From Dicyema japonicum (taxonomy: Eukaryota; Animalia; Dicyemida): a stretch of DNA of 33,000 nt. The notes under the pieces were generated by a model, which ran no database searches, had not been told where the DNA came from, and saw nothing but the letters and a program-made list of their open reading frames with translations. The stretch spans positions 1,622,236 to 1,655,235 of the forward strand of contig RDEW01000007.1 in assembly GCA_011109175.1 (NCBI GenBank), read 5' to 3'. Shown piece by piece: positions 1 to 11,379 of the stretch; the first letter of the stretch is position 1, and each line of letters opens with the position of its first letter. The translations under genes and the position numbers were made by a program.

Positions 1-300
1 AAAATTGCGATACTTCAAGGCAAATTCCTACAAGGATCTCTGTTATTCAACCTATACCTTAATGACCTTCGCACTCCAGATGATCCAAACACTATTTTTT
101 CTCACATTGACGACCTTATAGTTGTAGTGAGACATCGAAGAGCTAAAAAGGAAATACGAATCATACAAGAGACACTGGACCTGGTGAGTCTTTAGTCCTC
201 AAAAATCTGCCTAAAAACCTCGCCAGAAAAATCACATGTAACGACATTCAGGATAACACCAAAAGTCAACTTCAAACATCAAGTGAACCTACTAGTTTCA
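1..300 (+). mobile_element. Degraded reverse transcriptase fragment of a non-LTR retrotransposon (truncated at window edge)
   Basis: Frame 1 reads QGSLLFNLYLNDL...SHIDDL (degenerate QGS/YADD motifs), then an in-frame TAG and KTSPEKSHV, typical of the post-YADD segment of LINE RT. Confidence 0.75.
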
Positions 301-599
301 AGGATCCGAAAAAAGGCAGAAATAATGAATAACTTAATTTTTTACGAAAGAAAATAAACTCTGAAATTGTTGATTTTTTTTAACTTATGAGAAAAACAAT
401 TGATCGACTTCATTTTGCTTGCGTCGCTATATTTAGTTTATCGCATGCATAATTTTTTAACTAAAACTATGACGGATATTCATGCAAATCTGGATAATTA
501 TCGTATTAGTCAGATAATTTTTGATGATTAATTTTATGATTTTATAATTTTTTATTTTATTCGATGACTAATAATTTTGGTATTTTACTCTGTTATTTT

Positions 600-1480
600 T
601 TATTTAACACCCAAGACCACGGTAAAACCAAAACTAACTATCACGTGATCCCGATGCGCTCCGCCGAAATCCTCATTCTTTCTAGGTGCTCCTCCCTCGT
701 ACCAAACAAGCTCATACAAAGCGGCTGACTGTTTTTGCAGGGCCACCTTCCCACATGCCGGAGTTTTGTTTAATGAGGGCCTCCAGAGTAGTCGGTCCGG
801 TTCTGTGTCTCCACAAGACCACCGCTCCGTCATTCTGAAAGCTTTCTTTTGAACGTCCTCGATTTTCTTAGTGTTCGTCCATGATAATAAAGGTCCCCAC
901 GAAGCACACGCGTACGAGAAGCATGGTTCGATGTATTGCTTGTAAATTTCATCAAGACCGGGTGGGTACCTGTCTTCCATATTCCAGATAAACATTTTAA
1001 TACATTGATCCTCTTCTCGCACTTCAGAACAATGTTTGCCACGTGTGGTGACAAACATAAGTGTGTATCCAGTGTCACGTCCAGGATCTTCTAACATTTG
1101 GTGAAGGGGATTTCAATGTTGTCCAATTTTAACTTGACAGTCATCTTCCCCAACCTTTTGTCCGAAGTAAACATAGACGTGACCGACTTTCTGGAATTTA
1201 TCGTGAGTCGGTTCTTCATTACCCAGGCATTGTGTCGGTCTAGGTTAATTTGTAATTTTTCTGTAGCATTTTGGATATCCCGATCACGCGAGGCCAAAAC
1301 AATGTCGTCCGCATATGAAAGTAGTACATCGTTATTTGGATTCCGGTGTCGGGAGGTCTGCCAGGTATAAATTGAATAAGGCGGGGGATAAAGGAGATCC
1401 TTTGGGGGACACCGTTTGGGAGAAGACGTGAGACTGATTTCAGTATGGTTAACAAAGTTTTGTGCATGAATATTTACTCA
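600..1480 (-). mobile_element. 5'-truncated non-LTR retrotransposon (RT C-terminal half plus 3' UTR), frameshifted
   Basis: Across frames: LPNGVPQ/GSPLSPALFNLYLADL, LLSYADDIVL (YADD at 1304-1315), KILDVTLDTHL, YIEPCFSYACASW. The 3' UTR motif GGTAAAACCAAA(A)CTAACTA (+ strand, ~620) recurs near 30007 and 31517. Confidence 0.9.
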
Positions 1481-1770
1481 TGGATGACTGCTGTAATCCA
1501 TTGCTTTTAATAATAATTAAATTTTTTTATTGATTTTCTTTTTTTGTAACTATGGGGCTTCCTTCTATTTGTTTACATATTCCCGGAAACACCGAGAAAT
1601 AAGGTAATAGTAACCGAGCTAGTTCGATGATCACGAATCCCCCTTGTCCTTGCCATTTTCGACGGCATAAAAGGCGTAGAGTCTTCGCTGTAAAGAACTG
1701 ATTATGCCAAACGTCATCGCAGAGTGCGAACTTTCAGTAAGCACAAACATATTCGATAGTAGAAACGGTA

Positions 1771-4606
1771 CTGGTGCATTATAGTACCCCTATGCACTTT
1801 TAGTACCCCTAAGTTAATTATAGTACCCCATAAGTAATTTTTTTATTTTCTAAAATTAATAACTTTTTAGCGCTAATAGGTTTGCTAGAAACAACTTTCT
1901 CAACTTATCACTTTAAATCACAGTGAGACTGGCGTTGTAGTGGACAAAAAAGGTGACCTTGACACCCTAATTCTGGACCTCCAAAACCCCTTATTTTGAT
2001 TCAACTAAACATAAATGGAGTGAAAGGGAAAATCCTTGAACTCAGATACTGACATTTGCCTACTCCAAGAAACAAGACTAACTCCGTCTTCTTCCACTCC
2101 CGTCTGCCCAAACTATCACGTCATCAGTCATCAGGCGTGGAGCTGGGCGAGGTGGTGGACTGCTTACCCTTATCAAAAAAGAAATTCCGTACGCAAACGA
2201 AAATTTTGTCAACCTCATGTCCCCCGTCGAATATATTGGTATTTCAGTCGAGACAAGTATCGGAAACATAAACATATTGAATGTGTATGTACCACCGCCT
2301 AACTCATGCCCCAAGGAATTCAGGTTCTCCTTTTCAGACGTCGACAAATCAAAAAATATGTTACTTTGTGGAGACCAAAACGCAAAGCATTCGACATGGT
2401 TCAAGAACCAACCATGCGATGTCAGAGGAAACCAATTGTTATCAAATCTGGATAACCTGGTAATATTAAACAACCCTGCATTCAATACAAGGACTCCCTA
2501 CAGAGCGAATGACAGGACATCGTACCCCGATCTCACTCTTGCCTCACCAAACATCGCAACATTAACAAAATGGACAGTGTTATACGAAACCAGCAGTGAC
2601 CATAATCCCGTTATGATTACGTTTGAATGAAGAGATGTCAATTGTAGAGAAACCTGTCTTATTACCGACTACAAAATGTCGACTGGGAAAGGTTCTCAAA
2701 TTTTGTAGACTATTATCTACTTGACTTTCATTTATCCAACCTCAACTCCATCGATAAAGCACTACACTATTTTAATAGGGTGGTAGGGAATGAAAATTTG
2801 TATTAAAAGAAGGCCATCGACCTCAAGAAAGAAGCCGATTCACTCATAAAGAAAGATATTATCTAAAAAGCCTTCAAATGCAATCCTGGGAAACAAGATT
2901 GAGAATTCGTACATTAGAAAGAGAGATCAGGAACAATGCAAAAAAGAAACGAGAGAAAGTTTGGAAAAACCTCATGTCCAATCTAAACAAGCAGAACTCC
3001 CTTACAAAAATGTGGAAAACATTTGGAAGCTTTATTAACGCTGACAACCCGGCCGCACGTGATGAAATGGAAAACAAGATCTTCCTAAACAAACTTATGA
3101 AGTACTAATCCTCCACGAGTTTCATCCCACACAAAAAATTCGAAGATCCATCCTATCAAACCTAAAAGAGCCACCTCACCGATTGTCCTCTCTGTGGAGA
3201 ACGTGCAGAAAATGGTTAAGGGTCAAAAGTCGACTTATTCCTGCGGTCCGGACGGAATCCTGCAATAGTTCTGAAAAACATATGCTATCATGGCCCTCAC
3301 CCAAATTTTCAACTTTTCAATCAACGAAAATTGTATTTCTTCCATATAGCTATCAAACATACGACCAATTCTGAAACCCGGGCGACCAAAGGGATCACCA
3401 GTTTCATACAGACCAATATCTCTCCTATGTGTTACATCAAAACTTTTGGAAAAGCTGATTCTTGAACTAATCAAACCATATTTTACTGATGCACCTTCTC
3501 AACACAGATTCAGAAAGGGGCACTCTACAGAAACGCATCTTACATGCCTTACAAATTTCATCAAGGATGGCTTAAAGCGCAAACCTCATCAGAAGTCATT
3601 AATATTCTCCATCGATATAGAAAAAGTTTTCGACACTGTCCCAAGAAAGCTTTTGATAAGGAAGATCTTTACATCAAAAATTCCAAACAACCTGAAAATC
3701 TGGATCGCTAATTTCCTAAACAAAAGAAAGGGAAGAGTGACCGCTGGAAAAACTAGGTCAGTAACCAAGTACCTTCCAAATGGGGTCTCTCAAGGATCTC
3801 CAATGTCAACACACCTGTTCAACCTATTCCTGAATGATATGCCCTCCCAACCAGTGACGATACTCTGGTTCTGACAAATGCGGTTGATATAATCGTCGCA
3901 GTCAAAGACCAGTGCGTTAATACTGCTGTTTACCGACTACAAGCTTCTTTGGACGATCTGAACTGTTGGCTCGTTAAGAACATTCTACATACAAGTCCCG
4001 AAAAGTCTTATACAACAATTTTCACAACAGAAGATTGACAAACTCCGCTCCATGTGTAACCATAAATGGAAACTCAATCCTCACGACCAACTCGGTCAAG
4101 ATACTGGGAGTAACTTACGACCCACTCTTGATCTTCAGCAAACACATCGACAACGTCATCTCTCGGCACAACGAAAGATAAATTTTGTTAAAACACTCCT
4201 TGGACAATATAATGGGTGTTTCAACTCAAATTTGGACTCGCTCTAAGTGCAGTATATTCAACCGTCTCTAACTTACGGGTGTGCTGCTTGGGGAACCAAC
4301 TATCAAACGCGAATATGAAAAAATAATCCATTCCAAAAAATGGCCAGTAAGGCTTGCAAAGGTTTTCCGACACCACTAAACCCTACACCTTTTAGGAATT
4401 GATGAGGAAAACCGGAGCCTTACTACTCCAAAAAAGTTAGAAACCCCCCAATCCGGAAATGCGTTAGAACCAGGGAGAACACCGAGCAAGAATGAGATGG
4501 CTAATCGAGGCGGCCGGAATCACCTGACGGCTATGTAGTTATTTAATTTGTCGGTGATTTCTGGTTTTTAATAATAATAATTGTTTGGGGGTACATAATG
4601 CACCAG
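1771..4606. mobile_element. Non-autonomous TA-flanked DNA transposon (MITE-like) expanded by a LINE insertion
   Basis: Left end CTGGTGCATTATAGTACCCC (1771-1790) is the inverted repeat of GGGGTACATAATGCACCAG (4588-4606) with one indel. TA flanks both ends (1769-70, 4607-08). TAGTACCCC occurs three times at the left end. Confidence 0.7.
1985..4580 (+). mobile_element. APE-endonuclease + RT non-LTR retrotransposon ORF2, pseudogenised, no ORF1, (TAA)n tail
   Basis: Endonuclease motifs IQLNING, LQETR, NVYVPP, GDQNAKH, PDLTL, SDHNP. RT motifs YRPISLL, QHRFRK, IDIEKVFDTV, GVSQGSPMS; YADD decayed to NAVD. Many frameshifts. Ends in AATAATAATAA at ~4570-4580. Confidence 0.93.
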
Positions 4607-4953
4607 TAGTGTAGAAACGATATTTTGTAAGTATAGCTTGTACATGTAAATCGAGGATAAATATACTTTTTCAATTAAGCTTAATACCACGTCTCAAAAC
4701 CTTATTTATATAAAAGACAATAAGTATCTCCATTACAATAGGTGGTATAGATGATCCTTCGATATTAAAATAATAGGGTCCATGAGGGACCAGTTCCCAA
4801 GTTAGAAGAGGTCAAAAAATCATTATATAAAATAAGACATAAATGATATTTTGGAACCAAATTAAGATTATAAAAAGCACATGGGACTGATCCCTGAGTT
4901 GGACAAGGCCAAAAATTAACTTCAAAAATGAATTAGAATTATATTCTGGGTAA

Positions 4954-5151
4954 TTAATTAACACAGCAATCCATCCAAAGAGGACCCGCCGACATTATCG
5001 ACGTTGCGTTGCCTCTCACGATTGAAACAGAGATCAACTGGGGAAACCACCGGGTCTCACCCGCGTCGTGGCTTTTTAGTGTAGCTAGGTGTCCAAGTTT
5101 CTTTAGGAAGTGAAGCGATTTTCCAATTATTCCTCCAGTTGTCTCGACCAC
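4954..5151 (-). mobile_element. CRE-like non-LTR retrotransposon 3' fragment (end of restriction-like endonuclease domain)
   Basis: VVETTGGIIGKSLHFLKKLG...ETRWFPQLISVSIVRGNATSI matches the C-terminal VET.G...FL..LG...E..W..QRIS..I.RGNA pattern of CRE-clade elements. Confidence 0.75.
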
Positions 5152-5227
5152 GAGTTAGAAAATGTTGTAACAACAAATTTTTAAATTTAACTGATATACA
5201 TGTTGTTACTCAAATTTGAGCAAATAA

Positions 5228-5560
5228 ATCATGCTGGAACCAGTCGGCCCAGAGGAAACAAAAATCACAATCTTTCCGTTCGAGGGTACGGCAAGAGCAT
5301 TGACACCCCTTCTCCTACAAACATCGTTGAAAGTGCACAAATTCATCATGCGCTGCAGAAAAAACAGAGATTAAAGAGGATAAGTACAAAAGACTCCCGA
5401 ATTGGTTCTCTGTCCACCCTATTGTTGTTAAAACATCTGGAGGTATAAATAGGAAGTCACTCTCTTCCCAAAAGACTGGGGCACCTGCCTACACTCATAA
5501 CTCGTGAAATCCGTAAAACCCAATGGCTAGTTGGTATTTTGCTATTGTGAGGTCAGAATT
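5228..5560 (+). mobile_element. Second CRE-like 3' fragment, frameshifted, divergent from the 4954-5151 copy
   Basis: Across three frames: ITIFPFEG, DTPSPTNI, AEKTEIKEDKYKRLPNWFSVHPIVVKTSGG, KRLGHL, REIRKTQWL; the same region as the other CRE-like copies plus upstream sequence. Confidence 0.6.
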
Positions 5561-5606
5561 GAGTTGATTGAATGAACTTGAATTATTTTAAAAAAATGTT
5601 ATGAAA

Positions 5607-6231
5607 TCAATTAACCAAACAGTTAACAATGTCTGTAATACTCATAATGCGAGGCTGAAGGGAATACAATAGTTCCTATAATAAACACAAGAATATACCG
5701 ACTCAGTCACATTAGCTACAGGGTGTTCCCATCTACTACAACCATTCCCCACATAATAGTAGTGACATGACGTCCTATCCCAAAGCAACTTCCCAACCAG
5801 AGGGGGTCACATTCTTTTCATAGTCGCCGATCAGCTTTAATTATTTCATTTATTTTCTCCTCAAAATAGTTTACTTCCAATTTACCACGTGCCCAATCCT
5901 CAAACCGACTCTAATATTAAATCAACTAGTAACTAATATTCTATCGTGTATATCTCAGAGTATCATGGTGACTCAAACAGATTGTAAAGTATTTTACTTT
6001 CTTGCACAATTCATCGCAATACTCACCAACTTCTTTTATCATTATGGCTTTCTCCTTATTCTTTGGTACTTGGAATGTCTCTACTATAGGAAGTTCTTTT
6101 TTATTTACGAAATCTTTATATTCCTGAGGCATCTCCCATTGGACTGCATTCGTGGATATATTCCAAAAATATGGAGTCTTTGACTGCTCATCATAGCATT
6201 CCTTCCATTTGCACGAATTTATTTCACTCAT
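5607..6231 (-). CDS. FNBP4: Small two-WW-domain protein resembling formin-binding protein 4 (~190 aa); 2 tiny introns and 2 apparent 1-nt indels
   Basis: ATG at 6231. WW1 KWKECYDEQSKTPYFWNISTNAVQWEMP. Then SRFEDWARGKLEVNY..YEKNVTPSGWEVAWDRTSCHYYYVGNGCSRWEHP, which follows the FNBP4 segment TRIADW..G.L..NY..YE.N.TP.GW...WD. Needs removal of one base at 5836-38 and one at 5782-84. The exon1/2 junction near 5911-5933 is not fully resolved. Confidence 0.72.
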
Positions 6232-6329
6232 ATTCACCACAACAAAATAAAACAACTTGTGAATATTTAAATAAAATATTATTAATTTCTAATATTTAAG
6301 TTATAATTTAACAAAATATTCCAGCGTCC

Positions 6330-6620
6330 TGTTTGTTTGCAGAAAAGCAGAAATCCTCGGTTATTGTTTCTGGTCGACTCTACTGAAAGGAGAGTATCAA
6401 TTGATGCTCATTCTTGAATTTCGCCGAAGTGACTCGATATGATCAATTCTCGAGGAGGAAAGGGCAAATCTCCACGCGGAACAAGCGTATTCGATTGTCT
6501 GGGGATCTGACGATAAGACCTTATGATACAGGTCACAGGAGAGAGGGTTCATGACTATCTTGCGTAACGAATAAATGTCATTGAGACGTCGAAAGTGATG
6601 CCTATGATCTCTTGGTATAA
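6330..6620 (-). mobile_element. Non-LTR RT C-terminal remnant
   Basis: Fragments IIGITFDVSMTF and IEYACSAWRFALSSSRIDHIESL match the post-RT segments of the other LINE copies. Confidence 0.6.
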
Positions 6621-6949
6621 GTTCAGATGGGGATATCTTAGGAATAACTCAAATTCACTTTTAAACCCTATAGCTGTAATAAAAAGAATGAACTGAAAAT
6701 TTAATGGCGATACAGATAACACATTGCAGATAACCAGTCACACACGGGCTCTGAAGATTAAATCAATGGAAAATTTTGAGCAATTTTTTTTCAAATTGGA
6801 AATTTACCTAAAAATCAAACTCACATCCCTACAAGGACTTTTAAAATGGGCATTTTAATTGGTGTTAATGGATCCATAGAGGAATATATTAGTTCATTTA
6901 CTAGTCAAACCTTTCTTGATTTTCCTTCAGTGATGATAAAGTAGGGAAT

Positions 6950-8500
6950 GCTTAGAGGCTCGGCCGGCTAAACAGCTCATGATAGTCCCAATGTAAACTC
7001 CCGATTGCTATGGATGGTTTTGCTTTTCGGTTGCTGACGGACGTTACAGTCTCTACCTATTTGTCTTCTTTTGTTTCGAGTTACCTCCTAAATGTTGAGA
7101 TCTTATGTAATTTCTTGAGATCCTCGTTCGACGTAGTCATTTTCAAAGTTCGAGGAATTCTGTAGAAAATGGGACTTCGGTTTCGATGTTCTTGAAAGTT
7201 AACGATATCAAAAATCATGGATTGTGAAAATCTTTCCTCAACGGAATTTTTTGTCCGATGTGAATAGCTGTGTGACGGATTTCTCAGGGTTGATTGTCAG
7301 TCAGTTTTCGCTCAGCCACACAAGCAAACAGTTCAGTCAATGTTGTACTCTCTCTGGATGCCTGGACGTCTTGATCCTGTCATGTTAAAACGATGTCTTC
7401 TGCATAAACTGAGAGAAGATCGTTTTATCTAATCGTTATCTGGATGTCAGCTAAGATAAGTTGAAAATTAGCGGGGAAAGAAGTGAACCCTGGGGTACCC
7501 ATTAAGAAATAGTCGAGAGACTGATCCAATGTTTCGCCAAGAAAATTAGCAATCCAGAGTTTGAAATTTCCAGAAATGTCCGTCTGGAATATTTTCCAAG
7601 TAAGATTCTTCCTGAGTTGAAGGCTTTACATATGTCCACTGCATAGAAAGGTCTTCTAGGTTTTTGAACAATCCAGAGTAATTGAAGTTGCTCAGGGAGA
7701 TTAGATGACTGGTGGTTGATCGGTCTTTTTTAAATCCATGCTAGAACTGTCTTTCAGGAAGAAAGTCTTCGGATGGCCTTTCGTTTGCCCTCGAAATGTT
7801 ACGGCTTATTTTCAAGACTTGGGTGTCGACTGATTGCTGCTTAGGTCCGTAAAAACACGTGTCCATTTTATTTTTTTATTTAGAATTCTTTAGCTTTTAT
7901 TTCACTGTTCAATGATTTTACGGAGTCCTGCTTCAAGAGGTCTCCCTGCCCTTTTGAGTTGAATTCTTTCTTTGACTAGAGCCATCCTTCGAAAGCCACT
8001 GGTACATCCGGTGTGTCTTTTGGGGACATTAATAGATCTCCCTTACAAAATGACATTGTTGATATAGGTGACTGCTTTGTAAATGGAGGAAAAGCTCTCC
8101 AGCTATAAACTAGTCGAACTGCTGTCTGTTAAATTCCAAAAATGGCCAGTTTTCGAGTTTGTATATGTCAAACGGCTTCAACTTTTCTCGGAAGATCTCC
8201 CTCTTGATCTTCAACAAAATTAAATTATGGTAATTCTAATGTCATAGACAACGGAGCAATTTATTCTTGTAAAAAAAGAGGGGAACAAAGCGTGATGTCC
8301 GACGAGGTTGGCTGATCTGATCTTGTTTGATGTTCTCGTGCTTTTGGAAGGGTCATTTATGACTGTTAGAAGCCTCGTCTGAGACAGCAGTAAATTTCCC
8401 CCTGCATCGGCGGGTTGGCCGTCAGCCTAGGGGATGCTTATGTCAAGATCGTTACATATCAAAACGTTATTTAAACTCCTCAAAACTGAGAGATCGTCCA
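6950..8500 (-). mobile_element. Internally deleted APE-RT non-LTR retrotransposon remnant
   Basis: Endonuclease piece (GGNLLLSQ..VINDP..SSDITLCS, ~8280-8440), then QHGFK, RSTTSHL, AVDICKAFNS, LWIANFL, QGSLLSPLIFNL and VYAEDIVL (YAED at 7395-7406). Confidence 0.8.
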
Positions 8501-8764
8501 TTTAGTATTTTATTGGTCACGACCAAGGAGGAAGTACATAAATATTCACTAAGAACAATTTTCATCTTTTAGTCTGGCAGATATCTTGATAATCTCTTTA
8601 ATCCCTTTCACGTTCAGTTGAAAACAGACATCCGATCCTTTGGTTTGCGTTGGTCAGGAACAGGCGTCCGAGAAGCTTCTGCCTAGTCAGAAATTCATCG
8701 ACCAAATGTTCTCTGGTGGAAGAAAGCTAATGGTCCCTTTTCGCAATTTCTCCTGAACTTTAAT

Positions 8765-9560
8765 TATTGATTGATTTACTTATAACCCCGGAATAACCGA
8801 GAAAGAAAGACTGAAAAAATGTCAGACAGTTAGGTAATCTCAGTTCCCGCAATCAAACGAGCCATCCAACGTCTGTGGTATCTCATTGTTCCCACTACTT
8901 GCGAAAGAGTCTTCTCTCAACCCAGTAGAGGAATCCGACTGGGGAAAAAACTTCCTTACCAATCAACTTTCTTTTGTTTAGGAAAAGGACAGGCTAAGCG
9001 GGTTTCGTCATCCTAACAGACCCGAAGGAATCCGGTTCCGCGACTACGGGTCATAACTTCCTTGAGTAAGGAAATAACCATTGATCCAGAATGAGAGCCA
9101 ATTATAAATATAGCTTTCCGGTATATTGAATAGATTATGTGGACCAAAGTATCTGACAACGCGAATCTCCATGCAACAGAGGCATACTCCACCCAACCGT
9201 AGACGGTGTTCACTCTTGCCTGGACATTAGAGGTTGCAAATTGCATCGATCGATTGCGTGTTGTAATCATTAAGTTGTCTGCGTAAGAAAATAACAAAAA
9301 ATTTTCGTCCTAGTAATTTGGTAGGTCGTGAAGGAAAAGATTGAAATGGGTCGGAGAAAGTGGAGAACCTTGAAGGTACTCCGGTAGGTAACAGTCGTGA
9401 TCTCGATCTCAAAGGCCCCCATATGACTCTCTCACGGTGCCCAGAGAGAAAGTTGGCCAACCACAGCATTAGGTTTGGACGAACATTCGAATCAAAAATC
9501 TTCCCAATAGGAAGAAAGCTTAATTATTGATCGCTTGATAGACTCCAATCGAACCAAATG
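8765..9560 (-). mobile_element. Non-LTR RT fragment with internal deletion and 3' terminal stem-loop
   Basis: LWLANFLSG, PTGVP/QGSPLSPTLFNLFL, FSYADNL (9274-9285), joined directly to VEYASVAW. Ends at hairpin CTCGG-TTATT-CCGGG (8787-8801). Confidence 0.85.
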
Positions 9561-9790
9561 AGGACTTGAATTATATATATTTAAGCAGATAAAAAATTAA
9601 AATTAAAAAATTTAATAATTTACTGAATTAAAAAAAATTAAAATTTATTATAATATGGTAAACCTATTCTAAATACATTTGGCGATTCAACGTGTTTGTT
9701 GTTTGGCTTTCTTGTGGTTTTGTTCAACTAATATTTTATCTTCAAAAAAATTATTTATTATTTCTTTCAAAGATATTTTTAAATATCAAA

Positions 9791-9943
9791 TATCTTAGAT
9801 TTCTCAGAGGTATACTTCAATATCATATATCTTAGATTTCTCAGAGGTATACTTCAATATCATATATCTTAGATTTCTCAGAGGTATACTTCAATATTAT
9901 GTATCTTAGATTTCTCAGAGGTATACTTCAATATTATGTATCT
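9791..9943. repeat. Minisatellite, 4 x 37 bp
   Basis: Unit TATCTTAGATTTCTCAGAGGTATACTTCAA followed by TATCATA (units 1-2) or TATTATG (units 3-4); units start at 9791, 9828, 9865, 9902. Confidence 0.95.
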
Positions 9944-10626
9944 GATGTTTTATTAGTTCTGGATGGCTATTGGCAAAATGTTAGATGGTAGCATTTTGCC
10001 AATTTCTGAAATTTGCTCTATTCGTGGACTAATCAGATTCTAATATATTTTTTCACATATTTACATGATATCGAATATCTCCGCGTTTTCTCAGAGTTCC
10101 ACGTGTTTATTTCCGTCCCAGCATTTGAACACCAATCTTGAAATTCATAGATCAGGAAAGGTTCTACACACGCAGAGTATACTTAGTGAAAAGTTTCGGG
10201 CCTCTACCGAAATCGTACAAGGACTTTTACCATTGGGGTACATTCTTATTTCTGCCGATTATGATTTTTATAGCGAAGATTTTTCTTTTATTTACGGTTC
10301 AGTCGATATTGATTTTTGTATTGTTGATTTTCCTTTATACCACTTCTTCTGAAATTGCCTCCTGTTCCTCTATTATAGATTCAAGTGTTTTGGGGACGAT
10401 TTCTCTATCCGTATATTTTTACAGTAAATTTATTGGTTTTGACTGGATCTTTTGAATTTTTTGCTTTTTTTTTAAATATTCGTTTCAGTCGATATTGATT
10501 TTATACTGAAGATTTCCATTAGATTTTTCAGTTCTACATTTAACATGGAGCGACGGTCTCCACCTCTTTAGTATTATTTTTCCTTTTAGATGGCGAAAAT
10601 TTATTATCAAATGAATAAAAATTAAA

Positions 10627-10824
10627 TTAAGGCATCTGAATGGCCATGCTAATTCCCCTAACAATAGCCAACGAGATACGTTCTCGGAACCAACCAGTCT
10701 CTCGCGGATCTTTGGTCACAGCTTGAATCATGGAGCCGATCTTACGAACCAACTCATCTGCTTGGGGGCCAAGGATTCCTGACGTGTCCACCGCGAATGG
10801 AACAAAAAGATACTCCTCCGAAAT
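10627..10824 (-). mobile_element. CRE-like 3' fragment (best-preserved copy)
   Basis: Uninterrupted frame ISEEYLFVPFAVDTSGILGPQADELVRKIGSMIQAVTKDPRETGWFRERISLAIVRGISMAIQMP*. Confidence 0.85.
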
Positions 10825-11379
10825 TTTATTTTAGATTAAAAATGTTTATTATAAAATGGAATGTTGAATAATTCAAGCCCAAGGTGTTGTATTTCTGTTT
10901 TCTTTATTTACGTTTTTTTAACGATGTTGAATTGAACTTTGTCACATATTTTTGGTTATGAATTGGACAATTTTTTGCAGCAATTTGAATTTATATGGCT
11001 AGTAGTATTTATGACATCTAAAAATAATTAGAAAATTTATAAATCAGTATAGATTACAAGAGGACCACAAGTATAAAATTCTTTCATTCAAACAATGAGG
11101 AAATTGATCAATAGTGACTTGTTATCTGTAGAATCTTCTATTTTTGGTTATCTATAGGTTTGGACTTTACAGTATGGTTGTGTGTCGTAGGGTTGTTCTC
11201 AAGTTTAGAGGGCTCCAAAGTGAACGACCCAGCCGTAGCACATTCTGGGGGACGCGAAGAGCTGTTGATTTTCATCTCTGTGGCTTTCGAATTTGATATT
11301 TTTCCTCTAACAACCATTTATTATTTTTGTAGAACTGTAGAACAGAACTGTTATTAAAAATCTTATTCTACCCTGAAAG

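Noticed and set aside
9791-9943. CRISPR-like array (30-bp constant part plus 7-bp variable part)
   Set aside because: The variable part is only 7 bp and repeats in pairs, there are no cas genes, and the context is eukaryotic; it is a minisatellite.
10065-10530. Membrane-protein-like ORFs 10065-10352 and 10138-10455
   Set aside because: The hydrophobic look comes from T-rich sequence antisense to a decayed Lys/Asn-rich frame; no family recognised.
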